Source of the DNA: Macrostomum lignano
Lineage: Eukaryota
DNA: 64,000 bases
Assembly: GCA_002269645.1 (NCBI GenBank)
Contig: NIVC01000371.1
Location: 124,001 to 188,000, forward strand
Direction of reading: 5' to 3'
Shown here one piece after another: positions 34,601-46,657 of the stretch. Every line of letters begins with the position of its first letter. Positions within the stretch are counted from its first letter, which is position 1. Under the pieces are notes generated by a model. That model worked only from the letters and a program-made list of their open reading frames with translations. It did not search any database and was not told where the DNA came from. A program made the translations under genes and the position numbers.

Positions 34601-35771
34601 CCCATTTACGTGACCTTGGGAGAAGGGAATCCCCCATTTACGTGACCTTGGGAGAAGGGGAATCCCCCATTTACATGACCTTGGGAGAAGGAGAAAGACA
34701 CCATTTAGAGGTGACCTTGGGAGTAGGGGAAGACCCCATTTACATGACCTTGGCAGACGAGAAAGCCCTAATTCACATGACCTTGGGAGAAGGTATCTGG
34801 AGGTTTTAAGAGATTGAGAGTCCAAATTCAATGACCAAAGGAAAACAGTGAAACCAAAACTACATTGATGCTGTCAAACCTCAGTTTTGAGCTGTATGAG
34901 CTCCTCCTCCGTCTCCATCCAGGCCTCGATGATTCGCTTGTCCAAATTGCTCGAGTCCAGCTGGCGCACCGTCATGATGGACGACCGGCCGGACCGAAGC
35001 CCGTCGTCAACGTTGTCCGTCGATGGCGCCGGAGTGGCATCGGACGGCAGGTCCAGCGGAGGAACGGGCGGCGCTTCGGTCGACAGCTCGGCTTCGGTTT
35101 CTGCTGCCTCCTCGGCCTCCAGCTGATCGAGGAAGCCGGGCGGCAGGCTGGGCTGCGTGGCAGTTGCCGCCGAGTCCGCGGCAGCCTCGGTGGAGTCCAG
35201 CTCGGTCTGCAGTCGGCTGTAGTAGTCGCCGAACTGACTGTCCAGAGCGGTTGTCCAGTCGTCTGCATCCTGGAGTTTGACAGTTGCAGGAAATTTGCTC
35301 GGTTATTTGCAGGGGAGCTTTGAGCACTGTTGCAAGTTAAGGCGCCACTCGACCCGTCAAACCCATTCCGTTGATCCCCCGAGCACGCATGGGGACCAGT
35401 ACGGGGAGTTGTTTCGCATAGTGTACAGCGGCCCTGACTTTCTCATCGCTAGGCATGTACACTCTCTGTGTCCTGGGGGCTTGGCCTCAGAATGGCGAAT
35501 TGCACGAGAAATGCTTTGCACAAACCCCAATTTTATATGAAATCGGAATCCGACCTCGTAAATGAGACCCCAGTAGTTACTGAGCTCCCTCACTATATAG
35601 AAAATTCATTGGCAATAAAACTTCAGTCCATACCTCAGGAGGTTCAGTGCTCTCTGGATCCGCCTGTACATCGTTTGACTCCTCGAGACTTTCATTTAAA
35701 GATGCATCGTCAATCAGCTGCAGCTGCTGCTCGATTTCTTTTTCGACATCTTCAGAAATTTCCTCGTACAT
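22653..35771 (-). CDS. LRRIQ1: LRR- and IQ-motif-containing protein, LRRIQ1-like; 15 exons, 1748 aa
   Basis: Exons, all GT-AG and phase-consistent: 35771-35634, 35269-34880, 34418-34275, 34149-33937, 33080-31017, 30805-30655, 30306-30107, 29375-28422, 26301-26125, 26039-25975, 25817-25723, 25116-24981, 24890-24796, 23754-23641, 22963-22653 (sum 5247 nt, stop TGA). IQ motifs [18 protein letters not shown] and RIQ|ATWRGH. LRRs LxxLxLxxNxL in exons 5-8. N-terminal EKEIEQQL and C-terminal W|[19 protein letters not shown] and TYEW resemble LRRIQ1 as I recall it; the symbol is by recognition, not by search. Confidence 0.85.
23053..23359 (+). mobile_element. tRNA-derived SINE with CORE-like domain, in the last intron of the LRRIQ1-like gene (antisense)
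   Basis: A box TAGCCTAGTGGTTAGAG and B box GGTTCGATTCT, with a non-pairing acceptor stem. These are followed by TGTGTCCTTGAGCAAGACACTTAACTC..TTCAGTTCACCCAGCTGTAAAATGGG (MIR/CORE-like) and a short (TAT)n tail. Confidence 0.8.
24285..24730 (+). repeat. 29-bp minisatellite family CAGATCCTCAGTTGCTGGGCCAGCCTCCC, array 1 (LRRIQ1-like intron 13)
   Basis: About 15 units. It explains ORFs 24276-24866. Confidence 0.95.
25355..25570 (-). repeat. Same 29-bp family, inverted and more degenerate array 2 (LRRIQ1-like intron 11)
   Basis: The + strand reads GCAACTGAGGATCTGGGAGGC, the reverse complement of the array-1 unit; about 7 units. Confidence 0.85.
26325..28420. repeat. 14-bp satellite (TGATTAGCCAAA(TC/GG)) filling nearly all of LRRIQ1-like intron 8
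   Basis: About 150 units, running from the donor at 28421 to about 25 nt before the acceptor at 26302. Confidence 0.98.
29480..29890. repeat. Degenerate 22-23-bp repeat (TTTTTGGCGTCTATTGTGATCG) in LRRIQ1-like intron 7
   Basis: Recurrent GGCGTCTATT(A/G)TGATC units. Confidence 0.85.
34590..34790. repeat. Degenerate ~32-bp repeat (GGGAGAAGGGAATCCCCCATTTAC(A/G)TGACCTT) in LRRIQ1-like intron 2
   Basis: About 6 units sharing TGACCTTGGGAG. Confidence 0.85.
35421..35485 (-). mobile_element. Fragment of SINE family 2 body (LRRIQ1-like intron 1)
   Basis: GTGTACAGCGGCCCTGACTTTCTCATCGCTAGGCATGTACACTCTCTGTGTCCTGGGGG matches the reverse complement of about 53037-53095. Confidence 0.75.
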
Positions 35772-37358
35772 GGCGCGTCTCGTAGTTTAGAAATGAGAGT
35801 GCGCCGGATTATCTTACTCAGCTTTGCATCAAAGCTGGAACAAGAAAATCGAACGAACGCATAGAAACTTAGAGTCCAAATATTTAAAAAGTTAGATTTC
35901 GCCAGATTTCATTCCTTTCTCAGTAAAAAATTGCTAACAAACTGATACTATCAGGCAAACTGAACAAATGCATATGGTAATTACTAAGAAAACGAAACAT
36001 GTACCGAAAAGCAAAAAATCCAATTTTAAAAAACAACTCAAAACCCGATGTTTACCTGTTTGCTTGACACAAGAATGAACCTAATTTAACAGTTCCTATG
36101 TGCCTTCGATTCTAAATCTAACTGATACGAGCTAGCTACACACATTATGAAATTTACAAGCAACGTAAATAATTCACAAAGAAAAAACAGACAGCTAAAA
36201 CCTTTATATTCTCGAAATAATTAAAATTACTGATAGGAGAATTCGCCTGATAAATATTTTTCACACAGTTTTATGCACTTAACATGCAACAAATATCTTA
36301 TTTAGTGAGTTATAATTTAAGCAAAAAATTGTTTGTAATAGTAACTATATTTTTATAAAATATTTTATATTAAATATTATGTCATTACAAAAAGTTTTCA
36401 AAAACTTCCTCCATTAATTCAGTAAATTTGATTTGTAGTAGAGTGCTATTCAATAAGTTTTAAAAAGCTTTCTGGACCACCGACGATTATTTTAAAGATG
36501 TTAACCAACAATTTAAATGAAATACCTACCTACTTAAGCCAAAGTAAAGTAAATCTACAGGTGGCTGGCGTGCATTTGGTAAACAGGCATTAATCCTTCT
36601 TTTTTTTATCAAACTTCCCGCCTCAGTCAGTCTTGCACGCGGCCCGGTATGATGGCCAGCTAATTTCCATAAGTCAGAAATACTTCATTATTTACAATAA
36701 TATGCTTTGCTATGGTTCCTAGAATGCGTAAGATTCATAAATTTCAATAATTGCTGTTAAAATAAAAGCATTGGGTTAGGATATGGCGACTTTTGGGTTA
36801 AACTAAGCACGATATTCAGATTTAAGATAGCCCTGAATTCATTAGCCCTCAATGTTACTATTAAAATTATTCATTTACATTAACAACAAAGTAAAACAAA
36901 AAGTATTAAAAATACGAGTAATTTTATTTAGTAACTTAATATAAACTACGCCTTCAAACGTTTTTTCGTTTTATTAATTTCTAAAAGTATCATAATAATA
37001 ATTTTGATTAAATATATTTTGTGGAAAATTTTGCAATATTTTAAGTTAAAACGAAATATTATACTTTGATTTTGAAATATGTAGTAAAACGAATAGTAGG
37101 AGTCATCAGAACGACTTTCAACATATTTCCTAAATGTTTTGCACTATTAAATTGTATCTTTGAAATCGGCAAAATTTTGTATTAGAAATACATATTTGGT
37201 TTGCAGTTGCACCAAAATTCACTTGTATTACAAACTATTATTGTTATTTTTTGGGTAACACTAGGCTGTAGGCATAGATCTGAGTGCTCCTATAGTGTAG
37301 AATATCCATTATAAATAAAATTCAAACGTGTGATTTCATGCAACTATAGTTTCCAAAA
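35772..37358. promoter_or_regulatory. AT-rich divergent intergenic region, putative bidirectional promoter
   Basis: It lies between oppositely oriented start codons 1.59 kb apart. No specific elements were identified. Confidence 0.45.
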
Positions 37359-40300
37359 ATGCAGAAGCAAAAGAACTTGCTAAATTTGCAAAATCTTGTC
37401 AAGAGGGATCCACAGTCTTACATTCAAGAAGTAAGTTGTAAAGACAAAGGTTTTATAAAACTGAAACGAATTAATTCTATTATTTATTATTCGTTAAACT
37501 TCCTTTTCCTTATTTCATTTTTAAATCTGTCCTTAACTATAGTATAGGTATCATTTTTAGTCTTAGGCCTAATATTCTGTAGGCGTGTAGCCCATTGAGA
37601 TAATATGCATCTCTATACAATGGACCAAAGGCTCAATTAATTGAATTTTAATAATAATATATATGCTAGATTATATATTCAATAAGTCATTACTTTCTAG
37701 GATCCTAGACACTTCGTCATCTTACAACTTCATAAACTTACAACTTCGTCATCCACTTTGAAGGTAGGACACTTTGTCATCCAGCCAATTGGCATGCTTT
37801 AAAGTTTGGTCAGTTTGTCATCTACTAATAACAAGCATTGTAGTCTGTAGACTCAATTAACAGATGCTTCTATGTACATGTACAAGTTTATGTAAAAATG
37901 AGGCTGAAGTGAGACTGTCCCCTCCTTTTTCATTCTGGACTTGGGACCAGACAATGGCAGAGTTACAACCATAAAGATTGTTGTCTCGTATGTATCTAGT
38001 AAAGTATGAGTATATACATGTAGTATAACTCGTAAATAAGTAATATATAAATATGTAAATACACTTGGCATAAAGATTGAAGGCACAAAGACACAAAGTC
38101 ACAAAGAAGAAATTGGGCGCTAAAAGGAGGCAGAGAGGAGAGGGAGTGAGAAAATGTCACTTTGCTTTTAACATGAAATTTAATTCTACTTATTCGGCTT
38201 GCCCACCAAAATGGAGAATGTGGCCTAGGTAACTGTACCTGACCAAAAAGCTACGCACAGAGAGCTCGCCAGCTTGATATTTCGCCTAGTTAAGCTTTGC
38301 TAACTCCTGAAGCTGCTGATACCGCATTTTCTGATGGCACTAACACTGAAGGGCTTGCTGGCGAGGTCGCATAAGGGCATTGCATTCAATGCAATTATCT
38401 GCCTGCATTTTCAGGTTTGATTGTTTGTGCTCATGTGGTTTCATTCTGGTTGCTCTTATATACTTAAGGTGGTTGAGATAGGATGATGGTGGCTAAGATG
38501 GATTGAGAGAACAGGTGCCAACACGATAAGTGAAGGTGGGATAGTGTATGGTTGAGGTGGGATGGTGGGGTGGAGGTGTGAAAACTTGAAGGGTGGGCTA
38601 AGATGGATTAAGGGAACAGGTGCCAACATGAGGTCTCATGAGCCTATTGCATGGGTGCACATCGGATATGGAGGTGCTTTTGTGCTTGCTTCGTTTGGAA
38701 TAAGTGAGGGTGGGATGGTGGGGCAGAGGTGTGAACACGCTTCACACTCTAAATTGTCAAAAAGAGGTATCAAAACTGATTTCATTATAAGAGTTGAAAG
38801 ATAGGTGCCAACACAATGTCTCAAAATAAAAAAAATTGTGTGCATGTTGGAGGTGCCAACACAATGTCTCAAAATAACAAAATCATGTGCACGTTGGGGA
38901 TGATATGGGTGGGGAGGAGTGGTTCTGTTCTAAATTTGAAAACTTTTGTTTTATAGATGACGAAGTATCCACAAGTCTAAGTCACTTTGTCATCCACCCT
39001 CTGAGATATTGGACAAATCGTCATCTGGATGATAAAGTTGTAAGATGACAAAGTGTCCAGGTACCACTTTCTATATTCACTTTGTATAATATACAAAGCA
39101 TTTTTTATTTTATATTTCATTTATTTATTGTTTTGTTCATTAGTTGTATTATATGACTTAATAAATTTATTTGATAGTGGTGTACAAGCTAAATGGGCCT
39201 TGAAGTGGAACTTAATATATTATATAATATATACTTTTGTAGCAAAAAGTGCAAATTATAAAAGACTTGATATAAAGTATAATTTAACTAGCAGTTTAAA
39301 TGTTTTGTCTGTTCAACAATTGATCCTTAGTGTCTCAATATTCAATCTATTAAGTACATACCATTGACTAGCAGAAAACATATATGCATGTTGCTAAACT
39401 GACTTGTTTAATTGGGTCTCCCTAAAACACACCCCGCACCGCCCCGAACCACTACACATTATAACATTTTTGTCAATGTAGTATTTAATTGCAGAGAAAA
39501 CTATTTGTTATAAGAGTAATGGAATAAATAACTTTAATTATTATTATCAATAATAATATTATTTTTAATATTCTTCTTGTTTATTATTAAGTAATATTAT
39601 TCATATTTTATTAATATTATTATTAATATCACCTATTATTCACCGAATTTTATATTTAAAAGTGAGAAAACTAAATTTAATAAAAACTTGAAGCTTAACA
39701 GAAAACACACTTTGAAAATGCCTTAGTTATAGTCCAAATTGTTATCATGTGTAACAGTTTGGGGCGGTGCGGGCATGTTTTAGGGAGACCCGTTTAATTA
39801 ACTTATTGCCAAACTGACTATTACTGAATGAACCTATCATTAAATGAATTGGTTCTTATCTAAACCTCCATTGCAACTATTGTTCCTAAATATATATTTT
39901 ATTTAAGAGTTTCTTATGTCTTTCTAGTCTAGCTTTTTTAACTACTAGTCTATGTATTTTTAGTCTATTCTTATCTTCTTCCTAGGCTAGTTTATATCCC
40001 TTTCTCTATTGGCAATTGGCATACCATGTGGAGTATAGTTAGGCAATCCTAATGACCTTGATAAATTATATAGAGGCCTAAAATATATTCATATACATAT
40101 TACATGCTTGATAAATTGGTTTATATATTGAATTATTATGGTCTAGCATTAAAAAAATATTTTTTCCTGTAATAGTTTATGCCTAAAATGCACTTCAAAG
40201 CAGTATTCATTAATAAAAGTCTAGTATAAACTTATATTAGAGGTTTTAAAATATTGCCTTTTGAGTAAACTGTAGATGACTCTTCTCTTAGCTGCAAATG

Positions 40301-43300
40301 GCTCTAGTCAAATCATGGCTATGAAAAGACATTGATACCAATTTCTTTGCCTTTGTAATCCATATACTAAAATGGTCTGTTGGTATATATGTCTATATGT
40401 GATTGATTTCAGAAAAAGTATTATCTAAAAGCATGTCTATATTATATTAACATAAGGTTAATACTAGTTTTGTAGAAATTTAGCATTTGGTATTTATTCA
40501 ACTTGAAAACCCTACATACTAAAAATAGACTTATTGTTTAAATTAATACCCTTTTTAAGAAAATTCACAAAATATACCTAGGTTTATTTATGTGTCATAG
40601 CCTTGCTATGATATGTTGAAATCAGAAATTACATAGCACATTCATGTTGGTGTTAAGCTATACATTCTAATGTAAACTCCTATGCATTTGAGACTAGATA
40701 GGAATCTAGTGCATGGCTAGAGGCTAGACCAAGGAAGAGAAAAGAGAAAAAAAAGAAAGAAAAAAGAGGAACAAGAGAAAGGGGAGAAGATTAAGAGAGA
40801 AGGGAGCTAAGAGAAAATACAAACATTAAGTTGGGTGATTGCTATTAGAGAGTCTGAAAGGACCTATGCAACTTCATTGGATAAACTGTGCCAACCCCTA
40901 TGTTAGAATTTTGTGTTTTTGTGTTGCATGATATCTAATAGGAATTTTGGCATGTGGAGAACTAGCATAATGTATTTTTAACCAGAGAGCCCCATCAGAT
41001 TACTGCATATGTTTCAATTATCCGCTCAGCTGTCTAAATAACTGCTTATGTAGTTGGCCCATATGTGGATTAGTCTATTCAAACTTTCGCATCCTTCAAA
41101 TATTTGACTTGTTATTTTTTAGTTTGAAACCGCGTACGACTTCTTCAAAAGTCTGTTCGATGCATTCAAACTTGCGCCAACAAAATATGACAGAGAGCTG
41201 GCTGAGCAGGTTATGTTCGTCTCGCAGGTGACGTAGCGTAATGATTTGCAAGTTGTTTTTTATTGAATTAAAACAAACGATTGTGGAAGAAGAAAACTGT
41301 TCCAACCTTTTGCTTCTTCTACAGGTGTCTCATTGCTATCGGGACAAAGTGGCGGACTTTCCGCTTATGCTCATATCGCTGCTTAAACAGAGCGCCAGTC
41401 TTATGGACTCCGAGATGCGAATGGTGAGTTTATATATTCATCGTGTTGAAACGTGTCCATAGGCTCTGACAGGGTGTACAGCAGTGGCCCTGAACTTCTC
41501 GTCGCTAGGCAGTGCAAAAGTTCGAGGACTGCTAATTTAGTAGAAATAAGTCAACATAAATTTCTTACCTCAGGCCTTCTGCAAAGCCCTCATCCTGATG
41601 CGCAACAAAGGCTTGGTGACTCCTCTAGACATCATGCAGCTATTCTGTCGCCTATTCAAATGCCAGGACAAACTGCTTCGCCGAACTCTATCTAGCTATA
41701 TTGTGCAGGACGTGAAAAATGTCAACGCCAAGCATAAGAATGCCAAGCTGAACTCTGTAAGTAGTTCATATTAATTTACAATTGATGCAATGGTGTCGAG
41801 ACCATGTGGCGATTCAATAATTCAGTAGGGATATATGCTTTTTATAGCACACTTGAGACTGCTGTGCACAGCTCTCTGATCTGCTACCCCTATGCCTCCC
41901 ATGTACCTGATCTTCTTACAGCTGAATTCTTCTGGCCCAAAAAAATTTCCTCTTAATATCGGTGCTGTTTTAACATTAGTAGAGAATGAGATCACGAAAG
42001 CCAAAACATCTAGTTCTGCAGACACTCACAGATCCTCAGTTGCTGGGCCAGCCTCCCAGATCCTCAGTTGCTGGGCCAGCCTCTCAGATCCTCAGTTGCT
42101 GGGCCAGCCTCCCAGATCCTCAGTTGCTGGGCCAGCTTCCCAGATCCTCAGTTGCTGGGCCAGCTTCCCAGATCCTCAGTTGCTGGGCCAGCTTCCCAGA
42201 TCCTCAGTTGCTGTGCCCCCCCGCCAGCCTCCCAGATCCTCAGTTGCTGTGCCCCCCGCCAGCCTCCCAGATCCTCTGTTGCTGGGCCAGCCTCTCAGAT
42301 CCTCAGTTGCTGGACCAGTCTCCCATGCAGATCCTTAGTTGCGGGGCCAGCCTCCCAGATCCTCAGTTGCTGGGCCAGCCTCCGAGAGTGTCAGTTTCTG
42401 GGCCAGCCTCCCAGATCCTCAGTTGCTGGGCCAGCCTCCCAAATCCTCCCCTCAGTTGCTGGGCCAGCCTCCCAGATCCTCAGTTGCTGGGCCAGCTTGG
42501 CAGATCCTCTGTTTCTGGGCCAACCTCCCAGAGTGTCAGTTGCTGGGCCAGCCTTCCAGATCCTCAGTTGCTGGGCCAGCCTGGCAGATCCTCTGTTTCT
42601 GGGCCAGCCTCTCAGATCCTCAGTTACTGGGCCATCGTCACTTTCCCAGATCCTCATTCTACGTAGTGTGACTGTCAAATCGGAAAAACCCGAAAAATGC
42701 ACTTATTGCTTCATCAAATCTGCCTGGAAAAACTCCACAGAGCCTGCAGAACCACATGCTAGCCGTCATCCAGGAGGACAGCATCGCCTCGAAGAAATGC
42801 GCCGAAATCATGGTTGAACTTTACCGCCGCGGTGTCTGGCGCGACGCCAAGACTGTCAACTTCATCGGCACCTGTTGCTTCTCTAAAGTGACAAAAATTC
42901 TCGTTACTGGATTAAGATTCTTCTGCTCAGCTAGCGAAGAAGACGGCGGCGGCGCCAGCTCGGACGACGACAGCGACATCGACGAGGAGTCGTACAAGCG
43001 ACAGTCGAAGGGCGCCGCGCTGGCCCACCGTGTCGGGCCGAAAACTAACAAGCGCAAGAAGCGATTGGAACGTCAGCTGCAGGCGTTGAAGAAGCACAAG
43101 AAGAAGAAGCGCCGTGTTGACGCGTTCGACACTGCGGCATTGCATCTGCTGCACGATCCGCAGACATTCGCTGAGAAACTGCTCAAGCAGGTTTGTTGAT
43201 TCACTGTAGAGTCACTCAGTTGAGTCACTCTTTGGGTGTCAGTTGTCACTTTGAGTGTCAGTTGGGTCACTTTTTAGGTGTCAGTTGTCACTTTGAGTGT

Positions 43301-46300
43301 CAGTTGAGTCACTCTTTGGGTGTCAGTTGAGTCACTCTTTGGGTGTCAGTTGTCACTTTGAGTGTCAGTTGAGTCACTCTTTGGGTGTCAGTTGTCACTT
43401 TGAGTGTCAGTTGAGTCACTCTTTGGGTGTCAGTTGAGTCACTCTTTGGGTGTCAGTTGAGTCACTCTTTGGGTGTCAGTTGAGTCACTCTTTGGGTGTC
43501 AGTTGAGTCACTCTTTGGGTGTCAGTTGAGTCACTCTTTGGGTGTCAGTTGTCACTTTGAGTGTCAGTTGAGTCACTCTTTGGGTGTCAGTTGAGTCACT
43601 CTTTGGGTGTCAGTTGAGTCACTATTTGGGTGTCAGTTGTCACTTTGAGTGTCAGTTAAGTCACTCTTTGGGTGTCAGTTGAGTCACTCTTTGGGTGTCA
43701 GTTGAGTCACTCTTCGGGTGTCAGTTGTCACTTTGAGTGTCAGTTGAGTCACTCTTTGGGTGTCAGTTGTCACTTTGAGTGTCAGTTGAGTCACTCTTTG
43801 GGTGTCAGTTGTCACTTTGAGTGTCAGTTGAGTCACTCTTTGGGTGTCAGTTGAGTCACTCTTTGGGTGTCAGTTGAGTCACTCTTTGGGTGTCAGTTGT
43901 CACTTTGAGTGTCAGTTGAGTCACTCTTTGGGTGTCAGTTGAGTCACTCTTTGGGTGTCAGTTGAGTCACTCTTTGGGTGTCAGTTGAGTCACTCTTTGG
44001 GTGTCAGTTGAGTCACTTTGGGTGTCAGTTGAGTCACTTTGGGTGTCAGTTGAGTCACTCTTTGGGTGTCAGTTGAGTCACTTTGGGTGTCAGTTGAGTC
44101 ACTCTTTGGGTGTCAGTTGAGTCACTTTGGGTGTCAGTTGAGTCACTCTTTGGGTGTCAGTTGAGTCACTTTGGGTGTCAGTTGAGTCACTTTGGGTGTT
44201 AGTTAGGCCGTTTTGAAATATCATAATGGCGTTATTTAGTATGTCATTTTCAGTGTTAATGATGACGTCATTTTGGTGGTTCTTGTTAGTTTGTAATTCA
44301 TTTTGGAATTTAACGTATTATATTTATGGTTTTAATTGTATCAGAAAAATTCTACGGGTTTTTAATTTCCGTGAATTTTCATGCATCTGTAAGCCAAGTA
44401 TGTGCTAGAACGATTTTTTAAAGTAGCCTGATTAGAAAACTGTTCCACTTTTATGCGAATTCTGCAAATTGTAGGTGGAAACGACAAGCGAACCGTTTGA
44501 AATTCGCCTACTAATGCTGGACCTGTGCTCTCGTCTGGTTGGCGTGCACAAGCTGCAAGTGCTGGGCCTGTACCCCCTGTTGCAGCGCTACCTGACTCCC
44601 AGGCAGTCGGACGTCACCAGGCTATTATTATTCGCTGCCCAGGCTTCGCATAGTATGGTTCCGCCTGACTGTCTCGAGCCCATGGTTCGCAACATAGCTG
44701 ACAACTTTGTGACTGATCGGGCCAGCGCCGAGGCTATCGCTGTTGGCCTGAACTCGATTAGAGAGATTTGCTCCAGGGCGCCCTACGCTGTCACCGAGGA
44801 GCTGCTTGGCGACCTTGTACAGTACAGATCCTATCGGGATAAGAATGTTAGCAGTGCGGCTAAGAGCTTGATCCAGCTGTATAGGGAAGCTAATCCCGCT
44901 ATGCTGCACAGGCGAGATCGGGGTCGGCCTACTGCCGCTCAGGTGAGCACAGTTATCCTTTTTGGTGTACTTTGGCATCTAGTAAGTATCTAGGGTTCGC
45001 AGGAGGGCCTTTTGGCGACATCGTCGCACGCCCAGCGCTGACGGCAATTCTGCCCATTCCGCTGACTCCTCCTGAGCACATGCATGCGCGTCAATGCTGT
45101 ACACAGGGAACGCACTTATACACACGCTCACACCGGGTGTACAGCGGCAAGCGCACAAGGCACAAGCTCCAAATTAAAGTGGCCGTGCACAGAATCGAAC
45201 TAGGGGTTTGTGTCGCGATTTCGATTTTTGCAGCGGCTAGTCATAAAAGTGTCTTAAATTGGGATTAGAACTTCGGACTGGCCAGAGCCACAGATAGCTA
45301 GATGGGCCACTCTTAGAAGAATTGCTTTCTACTTTCAGTTCAGTAGCATGGTATTTTATAAAGGTAGCTGAAATGACTTTCATAAGTTTAGAAGCCCAAG
45401 CTTGCAGGCGTAAACAACTTGCTAATTGGTTCAGCAATAATGTACATTAGCCAGTCCACTGAGATGTACATGGCAGCTTTAGGCTGGAATTATGAGAAAG
45501 GCAATAAAATTGGGGCTGGGCGGGAGCTAGTGTGGAAAGGCTCGGTTGGAGGGTTTAAGCTGGGGGCGGGGGGAGAAAGAGCCAATAACTGAGCCTTGGC
45601 TTTAAAAATACATTAAAATGCTTCAGTTTAACTTACTACTGAACTGAAAGTAGCTTACACGCAAATGTGCTGAGTGGCCCATCTTGCTCGTAGTTATTCT
45701 AGTATCTGGGGCCATAGCCGGTTTTCAGAGTTCCTAAAGCTGGTCATAACCGCTTAAACCGGTGCGCAACGCTATTAGGAAATTTGCTTCAAATATTTTT
45801 ATCTCGCTACTACTCGCCAGTAAGCCATCTCTTATGCTGTTTTTTTCATGCAGGCGGAAGCGGCGGCTACCAGCGGCTCCGCTCTCGCTCAGTTCGGCCA
45901 GTCGGACGTCAAAGACTACTTGCCCGGCGCCGAGACCCTTGAAGTCATGGATGGCGGCGAAGGTGGCAACGACGACGATGACTGGGGGGAAGAAGAAGAA
46001 GAAGACAGCGACGATGGCAGCGGCGAGTGGGTGGACATTCCACAGTCGGATGACGAGGATGTTGCCAGCAAGACTGGCTCTGCTGCTGCTGCTGCTGCTG
46101 GCGACACAGCGGCGACCGCGTTGGACCCGACGGCGGCCCGACTGCGCGCCCAGGCGGTGGCCACCTCCCGGATACTGTCGCAGCGGGATTTCAAACGGCT
46201 GGAACAGGCGCAGGCTTTGAAACGGATTCAAGCGACAACTTCGGGTAGGAAGCGGCGTCTGGCAGAAGCCGCCGCCGCCACCGCAGCCGCTGGCAAAGAC

Positions 46301-46657
46301 AACAATAACGACGATAATGAGATCTCTATCTCGGCTGGCGATTCCGGACACCCGTCCGGTCTGGCTCAACTGTCCGACATTACTCGTCTGGCTAAGCGTC
46401 CGAAAATGTCCCGCTTGGAACGAATGGAATCGGCCGCCGAAGGTCGGCGCAACGATCCGGACAGTAAAAAGTACGGCTTCCAGGTGCGCAGGATGAACCC
46501 GCACGCTAGTAGTACAAATGCGGAGAAGCGCAAATCCAAGGCCTTCTCAATGGTGAAGCACAAGGCCAGAGGCAAGACAGGCACTAGGAGCTTTCGAGAC
46601 AAGCAGATCGCATTCAGGGACGCCCTGTTGAAACGGATGCGAAAGTCCAAGCGATAA
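37359..46657 (+). CDS. SDAD1: Protein SDA1 homolog (60S ribosome biogenesis); 7 exons, 726 aa
   Basis: Exons, all GT-AG phase 0: 37359-37430, 41123-41227, 41325-41423, 41574-41756, 42741-43190, 44475-44942, 45854-46657 (2181 nt). Motifs [64 protein letters not shown] and C-terminal [14 protein letters not shown] match SDA1. Confidence 0.96.
37700..39065. mobile_element. Non-autonomous DNA transposon (1366 bp), 31-bp GG-terminated TIRs, 8-bp TSD, Merlin-like
   Basis: Left GGATCCTAGACACTTCGTCATCTTACAACTT vs right (rc) GGTACCTGGACACTTTGTCATCTTACAACTT, 27/31 identical. ACTTTCTA occurs at both 37692-37699 and 39066-39073. Subterminal GTCATC motifs are repeated at both ends. Confidence 0.88.
39414..39791. 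mobile_element. MITE (378 bp), ~50-bp GG-terminated TIRs, 8-bp TSD, Merlin-like
   Basis: Both ends begin GGGTCTCCCTAAAACA (16/16) and continue CCCGCACCGCCCC. GTTTAATT occurs at 39406-39413 and 39792-39799. The interior is AT-rich. Confidence 0.9.
41472..41512 (-). mobile_element. Short degenerate fragment of SINE family 2 (SDA1 intron 3)
   Basis: GTGTACAGCAGTGGCCCTGAACTTCTCGTCGCTAGGCA resembles 35421-35455. Confidence 0.55.
42027..42655 (+). repeat. Same 29-bp family, array 3 (SDA1 intron 4)
   Basis: About 21 units of CAGATCCTCAGTTGCTGGGCCAGCCTCCC and variants. Confidence 0.95.
43212..44200. repeat. 23/19/21-bp minisatellite (GTGTCAGTTGAGTCACTCTTTGG and shorter variants) in SDA1 intron 5
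   Basis: More than 40 units starting about 20 nt after the donor at 43191. Confidence 0.97.
45071..45147 (-). mobile_element. 3' fragment of SINE family 2 (SDA1 intron 6)
   Basis: CCTGAGCACATGCATGCGCGTCAATGCTGTAC..ACACACGCTCACAC..TGTACAGCGG matches the reverse complement of about 53085-53160. Confidence 0.75.
45262..45735. mobile_element. MITE-like element, copy 2 (SDA1 intron 6)
   Basis: Inverted pairs GATGGGCCACTC / GAGTGGCCCATC and CTACTTTCAGTTCAGTAG / CTACTGAACTGAAAGTAG; homologous to 5435-5905. No clear TSD. Confidence 0.65.
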
